Origin: Mobula hypostoma
Lineage: Eukaryota
NCBI RefSeq assembly: GCF_963921235.1
Contig: NC_086107.1
Location: 116,624,001-116,688,000, forward strand
DNA: 64,000 nucleotides
Direction: 5' to 3'
In this document: in pieces, positions 49,920 to 63,830 of the stretch
Layout of the letters: every line of letters begins with the position of its first letter
Position numbering within the stretch: position 1 is the first letter of the stretch
Position numbers and translations under genes: made by a program
Notes under the pieces: generated by a model
Seen by the model: the letters and a program-made list of their open reading frames with translations, nothing else
What the model was told of the DNA's origin: nothing
Databases searched by the model: none

Positions 49920-52900
49920 TCTTCCATATTTCAATGCAAGAAGTATCGTAAGAAAGGCGGATGATCTCAGGGCATGGATGAGACCTGGAATTATAACATT
50001 GTGGCCATTAGTGAGACTTGGTTGTAGGAGGGGCAGGACTGGCAGCTCAGTATTTCGGCGTTCTGTTGTTTTAGACGTGACATAGCAGGAGGGATTAAAA
50101 CAGGAGGGGTGGCATTACTAGTCAGGGAAAATGTCACAGCAGTGCTCTGTCAGGACAGATGGGAGATCTCTTCTCGTGAGGTGTTGTGGGTGGAACTGAG
50201 AAATAAGAAAGGTATGACCATGTTAATGGGGCTATATTGCAGACCACCCAGCAGTCCTAAGGATTTAGAGGAGCAAATTTGAAGACTGTTGTCAGAAACA
50301 AGGTTGTTGAAGTAGGTGATTTTAACTTTCAACACATTGACTGGGAATCCCATACTGTAAAAAGACTAGATGGGACAGTGTGACAAATGTGTTCAGGAAA
50401 GTTTCCTCCTTCAGTATGTAGAAGTTGCAAAGAGAGAGTGTGCGATACTTGATCTGCTATTGGGGAATGAGACAGGGAGGAGACAGAGATTTGTGTAGGG
50501 CCACACTTTGCATCTAGTGACCATAATGCCTTAGTTTTAAAGTAAATATGGGTAAAGATAGGTCTGGTCTGTGGGCTGAGATTCTAAATTGGAGAAAAGC
50601 CAATTTTGATGGTCTCAGAAAGGATATGGCATGTGTGTATTGGGACAGGCTGTTTTCTGGCAAAGTTGTACTTGGTAAGTGGGAGGCCTTCAAAAGTGAA
50701 ATTTTGAGAATACAAACCTTGTATGTGGCTGTCAGAATAAAAGGTAAAGATAACTAGTGTAGGCAACCTTGGTTTTCAAGAGCATTGAGGTCCTGATTAA
50801 GAGAAAAAAAGGTGCAGAGCAGGAATGGGCAGGTAGGAACAAATGAGGTGCTTATGGAGTACAAAATGCAAGAGAACACTGAAGAAAGAAATCATAAGGG
50901 CTAAAAGAAGGCATGAAGTTGCTGAAGCAGACAGGGTGAAAGAGAACCCCAGGGGATTCTACAGGTATGTTTAGGACAAAAGGATTGCAAGGGACAAAAT
51001 TGGTTCCCTGGAAGATCAGAATTCTAATACATATGTGGAGCCAAAAGGGATGGGGAAGATATTAAATATTTTGTTTTTGCATCTGTATTTACTCAGGAGA
51101 TGGATACAGAGTCTATAGAAGTGAGGCAAAGTGGCATCAATTTCATGGACCCTGTACAGATTACAGAGCAGGAGGACATACATAAGAACATAAGAAATAG
51201 GAGCAGGAGTAGGCCATCTGGCCCTTCGAGCCTGCTCCGCCATTCAATAAGATCATGGCTGATCTGTTGGTAAACTCATCTCCATCTACCTGCCTTTTCC
51301 CCATCACCCTTAATTCCCTTACTATGTAAAAACCTATGTAACTGTATCTTAAATATATTTAGTGAGGAAGCCTCAACTGCTTCCCTGAGCAGAGAATTCC
51401 ACAGATTCACCACTCTCTGGGAAAAATAGTTTCTCCTCATCTCCGTCCTAAATCTTCTCCCCTGAATCTTGAGGCAATGTCCCCTAGTTCTAGTCTCACC
51501 TACCAATGGAAACAACTTTCCTACTTTTATCTTATCTATCCCTTTCAAAATTTTGTACGTTTCTATAAGATCCCCTCTCATTCTTCTGAACTCCAGAGAG
51601 TATAGTTCCAGGCGACACAATCTGTCCTCATAGGTTAACCCCTTCATCCCTGGAATCAACCTGGTGGACCTCCTCTGCACTGCCTCCAAAGCCAGTATAT
51701 CCTTCCTCAAGTATGGAGACCAGAACTGCACGCAGTACTCCAGGTGCGGCCTCACCAGTACCCTGTATAGTCGCAGCATGACCTCCCTGCTCTTGAATTC
51801 AATCCCTCTAGCAATGAAGGCCAACATTCCGTTTGCCTTCTTAATAACCTGTTGCACCTGCAAGCCAACTTTTTGCAATTCATGAACAAGCACTCCCAAG
51901 TCCCTCTGCACAACAGCATGCTGCAATCTTTCACCATTTAAATAATAATCTGCTCTTCTATTATTCCTTCCAAAGTGGATGATCTCGCATTTACAAATGT
52001 TGTATTCCATCTGCCAGCTCTTGGCCCACTCACTTAACCTATCTATATCCCTTTGCAGACTCTCCACATCCTCTGTACAATTTGCTTTTCCACTCAGTTA
52101 AGTGTCATCAGCAAATTTTGCTATGCTACACTTAGTCCCCTCTTCCAAATCATCAATGTAAATGGTAAACAGCTGCGGGCCCAGCACCAACCCCTGCGGC
52201 ACCCCACTCACCACTGACAGCCAACTGGAGAAACACCCATTTATCCAACTCCCTGCCTTCTATTGATTAGCCAATCCACTATCCATGCCAATACACTTCC
52301 TCCGACTCCATGCGTATCTTATTTATAAGTCTCTTGTGTGGCACCTTATCGAACGCCTTCTGGAAATCCAAGTATACAACATCCAGCTATTCCCCTCTAT
52401 TCACTGCACTCATTATGTCCTCAAAGAACTCCAGTAAGTTTGTCAAACAGGACCTGCCCTTTCTGAATCCATGCTGCGTCTGTCTAATGGAACCACTCCT
52501 TTCTAAATGTTTCACTATTTCTTCCTTAATAACAGCTTCAAGCATTTTTCCAACTACAGATGTTAGCTAACTGGCCTATAGTTGCCTGTCTTTTGCCTGC
52601 ATCCTTTTTAAAAAATTGGTGTGACATTTGCTGTCTTCCAATCCGCCGGAACCTGCCCAGAGTCTGGAGAATTTTAGAACATAGAACATAGAATAGTACA
52701 GCACAGTACTTTGATAAATGATTACCAACGCGTCTACTATAACCTCCGCCAATTCCTTCTGCACCCTGGGATGCATCCCATCAGGACCAGGGGACTTATC
52801 TACCTTCAGGCCCTCTAGCTTGCTCATCACTGTCTCTTTAGTGACAGTGATTTTATCGAGGTCCTCATCTCCATTTTGTCCATAACATCCTTCTTTGGAA

Positions 52901-54790
52901 TATCAGGCGTGTCCTCCACCATGAAGAGCGACACAAAACAGTTGTTCAATGACTCAGCCATTTCCTTATCACCCAATATCAATTTTCCCTTCTCATTTTC
53001 CAAGGGACCTACGTTGACTTTACCCTCTTCCGCTTTATATACAACATTTATAAAAACTTTTGCTATCTGTTTTTATATTTTGTGCTAATTTATTTTCATA
53101 CTCTATCTTCCCTTTCCTTATTTCTTACTTGGTTGTTCTTTGTTGCTTTTTAAAGTTTTCCCAATCCCCCAGTCTCCCACTACTCTTTGCGACTTTGTAC
53201 ACATGAGCTTTTAATTTGATACTAATTTTTATTTCCCTAGTTATCCAAGGCTGGCTCTCTCCACACTTACTGTCTTTAATTTTGACTGGAATATACTTTT
53301 GTTGAGCACTGTGAAAAATCTCTTTGAAAGTATTCCACTGTTCCTCAACTGTCCTACCAAAGAGCCTGTGCTCCCAATCCACATTAGCCAACTCCTCCCT
53401 CATCCTGTTGTAGTCTCCCTTGTTCAAGCATAATACACTAGTTTTAGATCTATTTCATCCTCCATCTGAATGCGAAATTCAATCATACTATGATCACTCT
53501 TTCCAAGAGGATCCCTGACTACAAGATTGTTAATCTTACCTTTCTCATTGCACAGGACTAGATCTAAGATAGTATTTTCCCTTGTAGGTTCACAAACATG
53601 CTGCTCAAGAAAGCCGTCACGGATGCATTCTATGAAGTCCTCCTCAAGACTTCCTTCACCAACCTGATTCACCTAATCTATGTGGAAGTTAAAATCCCCC
53701 ATGACAACTGCCACTTTCTATCCTGAGGCCAATCAGCATGGATAAATCCCCAGGGCATGACAATGTGTTCCCTTGAACCCTGTGGGAGGCAAGTGCAGAA
53801 ATTCCCGGGTCCCTAACAGAGATATTTAAATCATCCTTAGTGACAGGGGAGGTACCAGAGGATTGGAGGATAGACATTGTTGTTCCACTGTTTAAAAACG
53901 TATGTAAACATAAACCAGGACACTGTAGGCCAGTGAATCTGACATCAGTTGTGGGAAAGTTATTGGAAGGTATTCTAAGGGGCTGGATATATAAGTATTT
54001 GGATAGCTATAGACTGATTAAGGATAGTTAGCCTGGCTTTGTGTGTGCAGAATATAGTATTAATGGTAAGACTCATGGTAAGGATCAGAGGGGTCTTAGG
54101 GTCCGAGTCCATAGGACACTCAAAGCTGCTGCGCAGGTTGACTCTGTGGTTAAGAAGGCATACGGTGCATTGGCCTTCATTAATCATGGGATTGAGTTTA
54201 GGAGCTGAGAGGTAATGTTACAGCTATATAGGACCTTAGTCAGACCCACTTGGAGTACGGTACTGTGTTCAGTTCTGGTCACCTCACTACAGGAAGGATG
54301 TGGAAACTATAGAAAGGGTGCAGAGGAGATTTACAAGGACGTTGTCTGGATTGGGGAGCATGCCTTATGAGAATAGGTTGAGTGAACTCTGCCTTTTTTC
54401 CTTGGAGTGACAGAGGATGGGAGGTGACCTGATAGAGGTGTGTAAGATGATGAGAGACATTGATTGTGTGGATAGTCAGAGGCTTTTTCCCAGGGCTGAA
54501 ATGGCTAGCACGAGAGGACACAGTTTTAAGGTGCTTGGAAGTAGGTACAGAGGAGATGTCAGGGGTAAGTTTTTTACGCAGAGTGGTGAGTGCATGGAAT
54601 GGGCTGCCAGCGATGATGGTAGAGGCGGATATGTTAAAGTCTTTTAAGAGACTCCTGGATAGGTACATGGAGCTCAGAAAAATAGAGAGCTATGGGTAAC
54701 CCTAGGTAATTTCTAAGGTAAGAACATGGTTGGCACAGCTTTGTGGGCCAAAGGGCCTGTATTGTGCTGTAGGTTTTCTATGTTTCTATG
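49920..54790 (+). mobile_element. Degenerate CR1 LINE (endonuclease to tail) interrupted by an antisense CR1
   Basis: YFNARSI at ~49927, ORF2 remnants resuming at ~53715, tail at ~54785. Confidence 0.85.
51179..53711 (-). mobile_element. CR1 LINE nested antisense
   Basis: ORFs 51276-52067, 52576-52830, 53125-53427 and 53424-53672; tail CATAAGAACATAAGAAATAGGAG on +. Confidence 0.9.
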
Positions 54791-55009
54791 GTAGGTCAAG
54801 TCTAACCAATCTAACAGAGATTTTGAAAAGCGTTACCAGGAAAGTGGATGAAGGTAAGGCAGTGGCTGTTGTCTACATGGACTTTAGCAAGGCATTTGAC
54901 AAGGTTCTGCATGGGAGTTTGGTTATGAAGGTTCAGTCACTCAGTGTTCAAGATGAGGTACTAAATTGGATCAGACATTGGCTTTGTGGAAGAAACCAGA
55001 GAGTGATAA

Positions 55010-58000
55010 TAGACCTGAACACAAAGAGGCCCAATATCCTGGCGGACACATTTAATAGAGCTGTCAGGGAGGGTTTAAACTAATTTGGTGGGGGGATGGG
55101 AACTGGAGTGATAGGGCTGAGGAGGGGGAAAACAGAAATAAATCAGAGAGCGTGCAACAGAGATTAGAGAAAGTACAGCAGGAGATGAAGCTTAATCACA
55201 GCCAGTGGCATGAGTTACAATAGAGACATGGTGCAGTTAAAACAGAAAGCAACAAATACTGGACTGAAAGTGTTATATTTGAATGCATGCAGCATAAGGA
55301 ATAAAATGGACGATCTTGAAATTCAGCTACAGATTGGCAAATATGACGTTGTGGCCATCTCTGAAACTTGGCTGAAGGATGGCTGCCATTGGGAGCTGAA
55401 TGTCCAAGGATATACGGTGTATTGGAAAGATAGGTTAGTAGGCGATGGGGGTGGTGTGGCTCTGTGTATAACAAATAATATTAAATCATTAGAAAGAGTT
55501 GACATAGGATTGGAAGGTGTAGAGTCTCTATGGGTTGAGTTAAGAAATGGCAAGGGTAAAAGGACCCTAATGGCAGTTATATGCAGGCCTCCAAACGGCA
55601 GCTGGGATGTGGATTGCAAGTTAGAGCAGGAGATAGAAAAGGCGTGTCAGAAAGGCAATGTCATGATAATTGTTGGGGATTTTAACATGAAAGTGGATTG
55701 GGAAATCCAGGTCAGTACGGGACCTCAAGAGAGATAATTGGTAGAATGTCTAAGGGATGGCTTTTTAGAACAGCTTGTTGTTGAGCCCACTAGGGTGCTG
55801 GATTGAATGTTGTGCAATGATCTGGAGGTGATATGAGAGCTTAAGGTTAAGGAACCCCTAAGGAACAGTAATCACAATATGATTAAGTTCACATTGAAAT
55901 TTGAGAGGGTAAAAAATAAAATCCACGGTGTCGGTATTTCAGTGGAATAAAGGAAATTACAATAGCATGAGAGGGGAACTGGCCAAAGTTGACAGGAAAG
56001 GGACATTTGCAGGAAGCCAGCAGAGCAGCAATGGCTGGAGTTTCCGCAAAAAATGAGGGTAGTGCAAGACAGATAAATTCCAAATTAGAGGAAATTTTCA
56101 AATAGAAGAAGGACACTACCGTGGCTGACAAGTGAAGTCAGAGCCAAAGTAAAAGCAAAAGAGAGGACATACAAGGAAACCAGAGCTAGTGGGAAGATAG
56201 AGGATTGGGAAGCTTTTAAAAACTTGTAGAAGGAAACTAAGAAGGTTATAGGGAGGAAAAGATGAATTATGAAAGGAAGCTGGCGACTAATATCAAAGAA
56301 GATACTAAAAGCTTTTTTAAGTATATAAAGGGTAAAAGAGAGTTGAGAGTAGATATAGGACCAATACAAAATGACGCTGGATATATTGTAATGAGAGATG
56401 CGGAGATGGCATCAGTCTTCACAGTGGAAGACATCTGCAGTATACTGGACATTCAAGAGTGTCAGGGAAGTGAGGTTTGTGCAGTGAAAATTATGACTGA
56501 GAAGGTGCTCAGGACCTGATGGAATGCACCCTCAGGTTCTGAAGGAAGTAGCTGGAGAGATTGCGGAGGCATTAGCAGTGATCGTTCAAGAGTTGATAGA
56601 TTCTGGCATTGTACTGGATGACTGGAAAATTGCAAATGTTACTCTGCTATTTAAGAAGGGTGGGAGGCAGCAGAAAGGAAACTATAGACCTGTTAGCCTG
56701 ACATCAGTGGTTGGGAAGTTGTTGGGATCGATTGTTAGGGATGAGGTTACGGAGTACCTGGAGGCACATGACAAGATAGGCCAAAGCCAGCATGGTTTCC
56801 TGAAAGGAAAATCCTGCCTGACTAACCTACTGCAATTCTTTGAGGAAATTACAAGCAGGGTAGACAAAGGAGATGCAGTAGAAGTGGTGTACTTGAATTT
56901 TCAGAAGGCCTTTGACAGGGTGCCACACATGAGGCTGCTTAGCAAGAAATGAGCCCATGGAATTACAGGGAAGTTACTAGCATGGGTGGAGCATTGGATG
57001 ATTGGCAGAAAGCAGAGAGTGGGAATAAAGGGATCCTATTCTGGCTGGCTGCCAGTTACCAGTGGAGTTCCACAGAGGTCGGTGTTGGGACTCCTGCTTT
57101 TTACGATGTATGTCAATGATTTGGACTATAGCATTAATGGATTTGTGGCTAAATTTGTGGGTAGTGTTGAGGAAACAGAGAGTCTGCAGAGAGACTTTGA
57201 TAGTTTAGGGGAATGGGCAAAGAAGTGGCAAATGAAATAAAAAGTTGGAAAGTGTATGGTCATGCACTTTGATGGAAGAAATAAACAGGCAGTCTATTAT
57301 TTAGATGGGGAGAGAATTCAAAATGCAAAGATGCAAAGGGACTTGGGAGTCCTTGTGCAAGATACCCTGAAGATTATCCTCCAGGTATAGAGTTTCGGGT
57401 AGATGGAGCTCGTCAGCTGGGAAGGCAGTCCATCTAAGAGAAGGAAAACTCTGATTTCAAACCTCCGCTGCCTTGCAAATCCGGAGCTGGAAGTCCCTAA
57501 GGCAGTCTGACGTTGCCTTCAACCTTGTTCTGGCAACTCCTGTGACGACACTAGTGCCAAGCTCTATCAGCCTTTGCCCTTCCCTTGGACAACATCGGTG
57601 TCGTGGAGAGGGGAGACTTGCTGCGTGGGTACAACCTTGCCCAGGCCTGCGCCCTGGAACTTTCCAGGCACAGATCCATGGTCTCGCGAGACTAACGGAT
57701 GCTACCACAAGCTCCAGGTTGAGTTGGTTGTGAAGAAGGTGAATGCAATGTTGGCATTCATTTCTAGAGGTATAGAATATAAGAGCAGGGATGTGATATT
57801 GAGGCTCGATAAGGCACTCGTGAGACCACACTTGGTGTATCGTGTACAGCTTTGGGTTCCTTATTTTAGAAAGTATATACTAACATTGGAGAAGGTACAG
57901 AGAAGATTCATGAGAATGATTCCAGGAATGAAAGGGTTACCATATGAGGAACGTCTGGCAGCTCTTGGGCTGTATTCCCTGGAGTTCAGGAGAATGAGGG

Positions 58001-58337
58001 GGGATCTCATAGAAATGTTCTGAATATTAAAAGGCCTAAACAGATTAGATATGGCAAAGTTATTTCCCATGGGGAGTCAAGGACAAGAGGGCACAACTTC
58101 AGGATTGAAGGACGTCCATTTAGAACAGAGATGTGCAGAAATTAGTCAGAGAGTGGTAACTCTGTGGAGTGGCTGTGGAGGCCAAGTCATTGGGTAAACT
58201 TAAGGCAGAGATAGATAGGTTCTTGAGTAGCCAAGGGTATGGGGTGAAGGCAGGGGAGTGGGGATGACTGGATCAGCCCATGATTCAATGGCGGAGCGGA
58301 CTCGATGGCCTGAATGGCCTACTTCTGCTCCTCTATG
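55010..58337 (+). mobile_element. Near-complete degenerate CR1 ORF2 (endonuclease + RT + tail)
   Basis: ORFs 55210-55737 (LYLNACSI, ISETWL, GDFN), 56524-56952 and 56986-57240; tail (TATGGTCT)n. Confidence 0.9.
57387..57711 (+). mobile_element. Short non-autonomous, probably RTE-derived element
   Basis: TSD CTCCAGGT at 57379-57386 and 57712-57719; 3' half matches the SINE tail at 18414-18595. Confidence 0.72.
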
Positions 58338-61300
58338 TTATGGTCTTATGGTCTTATGTTGCCTCTCTGACTGGAGGCCTGTGACTAGTGGTGTGCCACA
58401 AGGATCGATGCTGGGCCCTTTGTTGTTTGTCATCTCTAGCACTGATCTGGATGATAATGTGGTTAATTGGATCAGCAAATTTGTGGATGACACCAAGAGT
58501 GGGGGTGTCGTGGACAATGAGGAAGATTATCACAGCTTGTAGTGGAATCTGGACTAGCTGAAAAAATGGTCTGCAAAATGGCAGATGGAATTTAATGCAG
58601 ACAAGTGCGAGGTGTTGCACTTCAGTAGGACTGACCAGGGTAGGTCTTACACAGTGAGTGAGAGGTAGAACAAAGGGATCTAGGAATACTGGTCCATAAT
58701 TTGTAGGAAGTGGCTGTACAGTAGATAGTGTGGTAAAGGAAGCTTTTGGCACATTGGCCTTCATAAATCATGTATTGAATACAGGAGATGGTATGTTATG
58801 CTGAAGTTGTATAAGACGCTGGTGAGGCCTAATTTGGAGTGTTGTGTGAAGATCTGGTCACCTGCCTGCAGGAAAGATGTAAGCAAGTTTGAAAGAGTGC
58901 AGAAAAAATTTATGAGGATGTTGCCTGGTCTGGAGGACCTACATTATAAGGAAATTTTGAATAGCTTAGGACGATATTCCTTTGAATGTAGAAGACTGAG
59001 AGGAGATTTGATAGGTGTGTACAAAATTATGAGGGGCATAGATAGGATAAATGCTAAGGCTGGGTGGGACTACAAACAGAGGTCATGGGTTAAAGGTGAA
59101 AGGTGAAACGTTTAAGGGGAAAATGAAGGAAACTTCTTCATGCAGAGGGTCATGTGAGTATGGAACGAGCTGCCATCACAAGTGGTGCATGCAAACTCAA
59201 TTTCAACATTTAAGTGAAGTTTGGATAGGTACATGGATGGTAGGGATATGGTCCTGATGCAGGTCGAGGGAGTAGGCAGTTTAAATGGTTTGGCATGGAC
59301 TAGATGGGCCAAAGGGCCTGTTTCTGGGCTATACTTCTCTAGGACTCTATATACAGACCATCCACTGCATGAAAATGTTGCCCCTCGGGTCCCTATTAAA
59401 TCTACCCGCCCCCCCCCCGAGACATGTGCCTTCTGGTTCTTGATTCCACAGCCCAGGGGAAAGGACTGTGCACATTAACCCTAACTCTAATGCATGGTTT
59501 TAAAGACCTCTGTAAGATCACCCCTCCGTCTCCTACACTCCAGAGAGAACAGATCTAGCCTAACTAATCTCTCCTTATTACAACAACCCTCCAATCCAGG
59601 TAACTTCCTGATGAATTTCTTCAGAACCCTCTGTATTACCAGCAGACCCTTCCTATAGTTTGGTGACCACAACTGTGTACAATACGCCAGGTGACAGGAC
59701 TGTTGAACAAACATCCAGTTATCAGTACATCTTCGGGATGTCTTGCGCACACTGTGTTCAAAATCCTGTAGAGAGAAGTAAGGGTCAGGATATATAAATA
59801 TATATATCCTGGGCTTTTTTCTGGCACCTTTCTGTATACATGGTGCCAGTGATGCAGAGTGGCTCCCGCTGTAGACCGTCCTGTCCGCTGCAGTGCAGTT
59901 TCCTTTCAAAGCAGTGATGCAGCTCGTTGGGATGTTCTCTGCTGTGCGTCTACAGAAGGTCGTGAGTATGGATGTGCATAGTGCAGCTGTCTTCAGCCTC
60001 CTCAGAAAGTAGAGCTTTCTTTGACTGTGTAGGATGTGTTCTGAGACCATGAGAAGTTGTGTGAAATGTGTACCACCAGGAGTTTGATCCTGCTCGCAGT
60101 TCCCACCACTGTGCTGCCGATGTACAGAAGAGTGTGAGTGGTATGAGTTCTCCTGAGATCAATAACCATCTCCTTTGTCTTGTTGACACTGAGGAAGAGG
60201 TTATTTGCCTGGCATCAGGCCACAAACTCTTTCACCACCTCTGTAGGCCACCTAATCATTGTCGGTGATGAGCCCCACCGTTGTTGTATCATCAATGAAC
60301 TTGACAATGTGATCACCTGTGTGTTTGGTAATGCAGATTTGTGTGAGCAATGGGCTCTGCACACAGCCATGGAGGAGGGGCACCTGTTTTGAGGATGATG
60401 GGAGAACATTTTGATATCTGAGGTCTGTTGGTTAAAGAGTCTCCCCACCATTACAACATGTCTCTGACCCTTGTACACTGAGGTCCCTCTGTTACTTGAC
60501 ACTCCCCACCATTCATGGTGTGGAGAGGAAAAAGACAGGGAATTATAGGCAGGTTAGCCTGACTGCAGTGGTTGGTAAGATGTTGGAGACCATTATTAAG
60601 AAAAAGGTTTTGAGGTACTTAGAGGCACATGGTAAAATAGGACGAAGTCAGCATGATTTCCTCAGGGGGAAATCTTGCCTGACAAATCTGTTGGAATTCT
60701 TTGAGGAAATATCAGGTAGGATAGACAAAGGAGAGTCGGGGTGCCGCACATGCGGTTGCTAAACAAGCTAAGAGCCCATGATATTGCAGGAAAGTTACTA
60801 GCATGGATAGAAGTTTGGCTGACTGGCAGGAGGCAAACAGTGGGAATAAAGGGGTCTTTTCTGGTTGAACGCTGGTGGACTAATGGTGTTCTGCAGGGAC
60901 TGGTGTTGGGAACACTTCTTGCACATTATATGTCAATGATTTCAATAACAGAATTGATTGCTTTATGGCTAAGTTTGCGGTTGATGCAGAGATATAAAGA
61001 GGGACAGGTAGTGTTGAGGAAGCAGAGAGTCGACAGAAGAACTTGGGCAAGTTGGGAAAATGGGCAAAGAAGTGGCAGATGGAATAGAGTGCAGGCAAGT
61101 GTATGGTCATGCACTTTGGTAGAAGGAATAAAGACATAGACTGTTTTCTAAATGGGGAGAAATTCAAAAATCTGAGGTGCAAAGGGACTTGGGGGTCCTC
61201 ATGCAGGATTTCCTAAAGGTTAACTTGCAAGGATGTAATTCTGAGGCTTTATAAGGCAGTGGTGAGGCCTCACTTGGATTAATGTGAGCAGCTTGAGCCT

Positions 61301-61805
61301 CTAATCTAACAAAGGATATGCTGACATTGGAAAGGGCCCAGAGCAAGTTCATGAGAATGATCACAGGAATGAAAGGATTAATGTATGAGGAACATTTGAT
61401 GGTTCTGGGCTTGTTTAGGAGAATGAAGGGGAAGCGGAATCTCACTGAAACCTATCGGAGAAATAAAGGGCTAGATAGAGTACATGTGGAGAGAAAGTTT
61501 CCTACAGTGGGGAGTCCAGAACCAGAGGGCACAGCTTCAGAATCTCTTTAGAACATAGATTTAGAAGAATTGCTTTAGTCAGAGGGTGGTGAATCTGTTG
61601 AATTCTTTGCCACAGACAGCTATGGAGGCGAGGTCATTGGGTATATTTAAAGTGACAGTTTGTATGCTCTTGATTAATCAGGGCATCATAGGGAGAAGGC
61701 AGGAGAATGGGGTTAAGAGCAATAATTAATCAGCCATGATGGAATGGCAGAGAGACTCGATGGGCCAAATGGCTTAATTCTACTTCAGTGTCCTCTGGTC
61801 TACGG
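58338..61805. mobile_element. Mosaic of CR1 fragments (58338-59350 +, ~59355-59690 -, 60520-61805 +) and a Rex1-like fragment (~59780-60360 -)
   Basis: GVPQGSMLGP, NYRQVSLT and LYFLRRLK...ENIPTSCIT remnants. Confidence 0.8.
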
Positions 61806-62394
61806 GTTGATACTCAGCATCATTCAATATGTGTCCCAGCCTCATTAACACTCCCAACACGCATGTCTTCTCTTGGGACATTACTCTGTCTGCCACCTCA
61901 CAACCCTTTTCACTAACACACAGACACCTCCCTCTGGATCTAGTCTACTCTCCTCCTGCTCCATCACTAACTCTGATCGACATATCAACTACTAGATAAG
62001 TCTCCCCAAATTCCCTCCTCTCTCCCCGAGGAGCCTGGGTTTTGTTGGCAGCCAGAAAACCCCTCTGTCCCTCGCAGCTGGCAGGCTGGCCTAGATTCTC
62101 GTGCTAGTGTTTCCACACTGAGGGTTGTGTTTCACTCCAGCCTGTGTTGCGAGGTTACCCTAGTCTGTAATTAGGGACTGCTTAGGGTGTAGGATGTCCT
62201 GCTGGTTAAGTTACAGGAATAGCAGGCCTATTAGGGATTCAGCTCAGCTACCCCTGTCCCGTGGGATTAAACCTTAGTGACTGGGATCACCACGTGATCA
62301 TGCCACTATCTGAACTGACTGCAATTGGTTTTATACCTCAGTGATAATCTCCCACTGTAAATCCTTCCTGCCCATGTGAGCAGTGGGATCCTAA

Positions 62395-62965
62395 GGAGTG
62401 TTGTGGAACAAAGAGACCTCAGTGTACAAGGGTAGGACACGCACCATGAATGGTAGGGAGTGCAGAAGGTCAGAGGGACCTCGTGGTGCAAGGGTAGGGT
62501 ACACACCATGAATAGTGGGTAGTGTCAAGGGATAGCGGGATTTCGGTCTACAAGGGGTAGGGCACACAACGTGAATGATGGGGAGTGCTGAGGAACCTCA
62601 ACGCACAAGTGTAGGACAAACATCGTGAATGAGGGACAAACAGACACCAGCGTAGAAGGGTAGGATGCACAGTGTGAATGTTGGGCGTGACAAGGGACAA
62701 AAGGACATTGGTATAAAAGGGTAGGACACATGCTGTGAATAGTGGAGAGTGTCGAGGGACAGAGGGAACTCGGTGTACGAGGGTAGGACACACAGTGTGA
62801 ATGGTGGGGAGTGTCGAGGGACAGAGGGACCTCGGTGTACGAGGGTAGGACACACAGTGTGAATGGTGGGGAGTGTAGAGGGACAGAGGGAACTCGGTGT
62901 ACGAGGATAGGACACGCAGTGTGAATGGTGGGGAGTATCGAAGGACAGAGGGACCTCGGTGAACA
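62395..62965 (+). repeat. ~62-bp minisatellite, about 9 units
   Basis: GAGGGTAGGACACACAGTGTGAATGGTGGGGAGTGTCGAGGGACAGAGGGACCTCGGTGTAC; unit starts at 62779 and 62841. Confidence 0.9.
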
Positions 62966-63028
62966 AAGGTACTCTGTGTGGTACCTGACATCTCTGTATG
63001 CAGAACTGACCCATTGCTGTGTTTCCAG

Positions 63029-63245
63029 GCACTGGCTGACCAACACCTATGTGCTGTTTGCGGTTCCCTACTTTGCCTATGATATCTATGCCATGTACCT
63101 CTGCCACTGGCACAGGACCCGTGTGAAAGGGCACGGGGTGGAACAGGAAGCTTGTGTCAGTGTTCTGCGCTCCTACCTGAGGAAGGACCTCCTTATGGTC
63201 ATTCACCACAGTGTGATGTTCACCATCTGCTTCCCCGTCTCTGTG
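63029..63245 (+). CDS. TLCD3B: TLCD3B third coding exon (gene continues beyond the window)
   Basis: 217 nt, HWLTNTYVLFAVPYFAYDIYAMYLCHWHRTRVKGH...YLRKDLLMVIHHSVMFTICFPVSV, a TLC-domain segment. Acceptor TTTCCAG, donor GTG|GTGAGT. Confidence 0.93.
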
Positions 63246-63419
63246 GTGAGTTCTACCAGGTCAGCGCCACATCGCGACACAGCGTACGCTATATTGTACA
63301 GCATACACAGTAATGTATAATATATTAACACAGCGCACACAGTAACATACAGTGTACATCACACACGGGACCGAACAGTGCACCCAGTGTCATCGGCTCC
63401 ATACTAATCACACTCCCAC

Positions 63420-63830
63420 CATCACATTCTCCCCCCCCTCCACCACTCTCCTCCTCCTCACTCTCTTACTCTACCATCGTTCCCCCTCTCTCTGCCCTCT
63501 CCCCGCACTCCCCATCTCCTCCCCTCCCCACTTCTCTCCCCTTCCTCCTCTTCCCCTTTCCCCTCCCTCTCCTCTCTGTCCATCTCTCTGCCATACCTCC
63601 CCCTTTTCTCTCTTACCCCTTTCCCTTCCTCCTTTCTCCCCCTCTCTACCCCTGCTCTCCAACTTTTCCCCCTCTTCCTTCCCATCTCTCTACCTCCCCC
63701 TATTCTCTCTCTCCTATCCTCCTCTCCCCTCTCTACTCCTCTTCCAACTCTCCCTCTCCCCTTTACCCCTCCCCTTCTCCCTGCCTCCCTCTCTACTTTC
63801 TGTCTCTCATCCCAACCAACAGCCAGCCCT
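63420..63830 (+). repeat. Polypyrimidine tract
   Basis: C/T-rich low complexity. Confidence 0.92.

Noticed and set aside
62395..62965. CRISPR-like periodicity (also 1219-1390 and 15185-16290)
   Set aside because: Contiguous tandem units with no unique spacers, no cas genes, vertebrate context.
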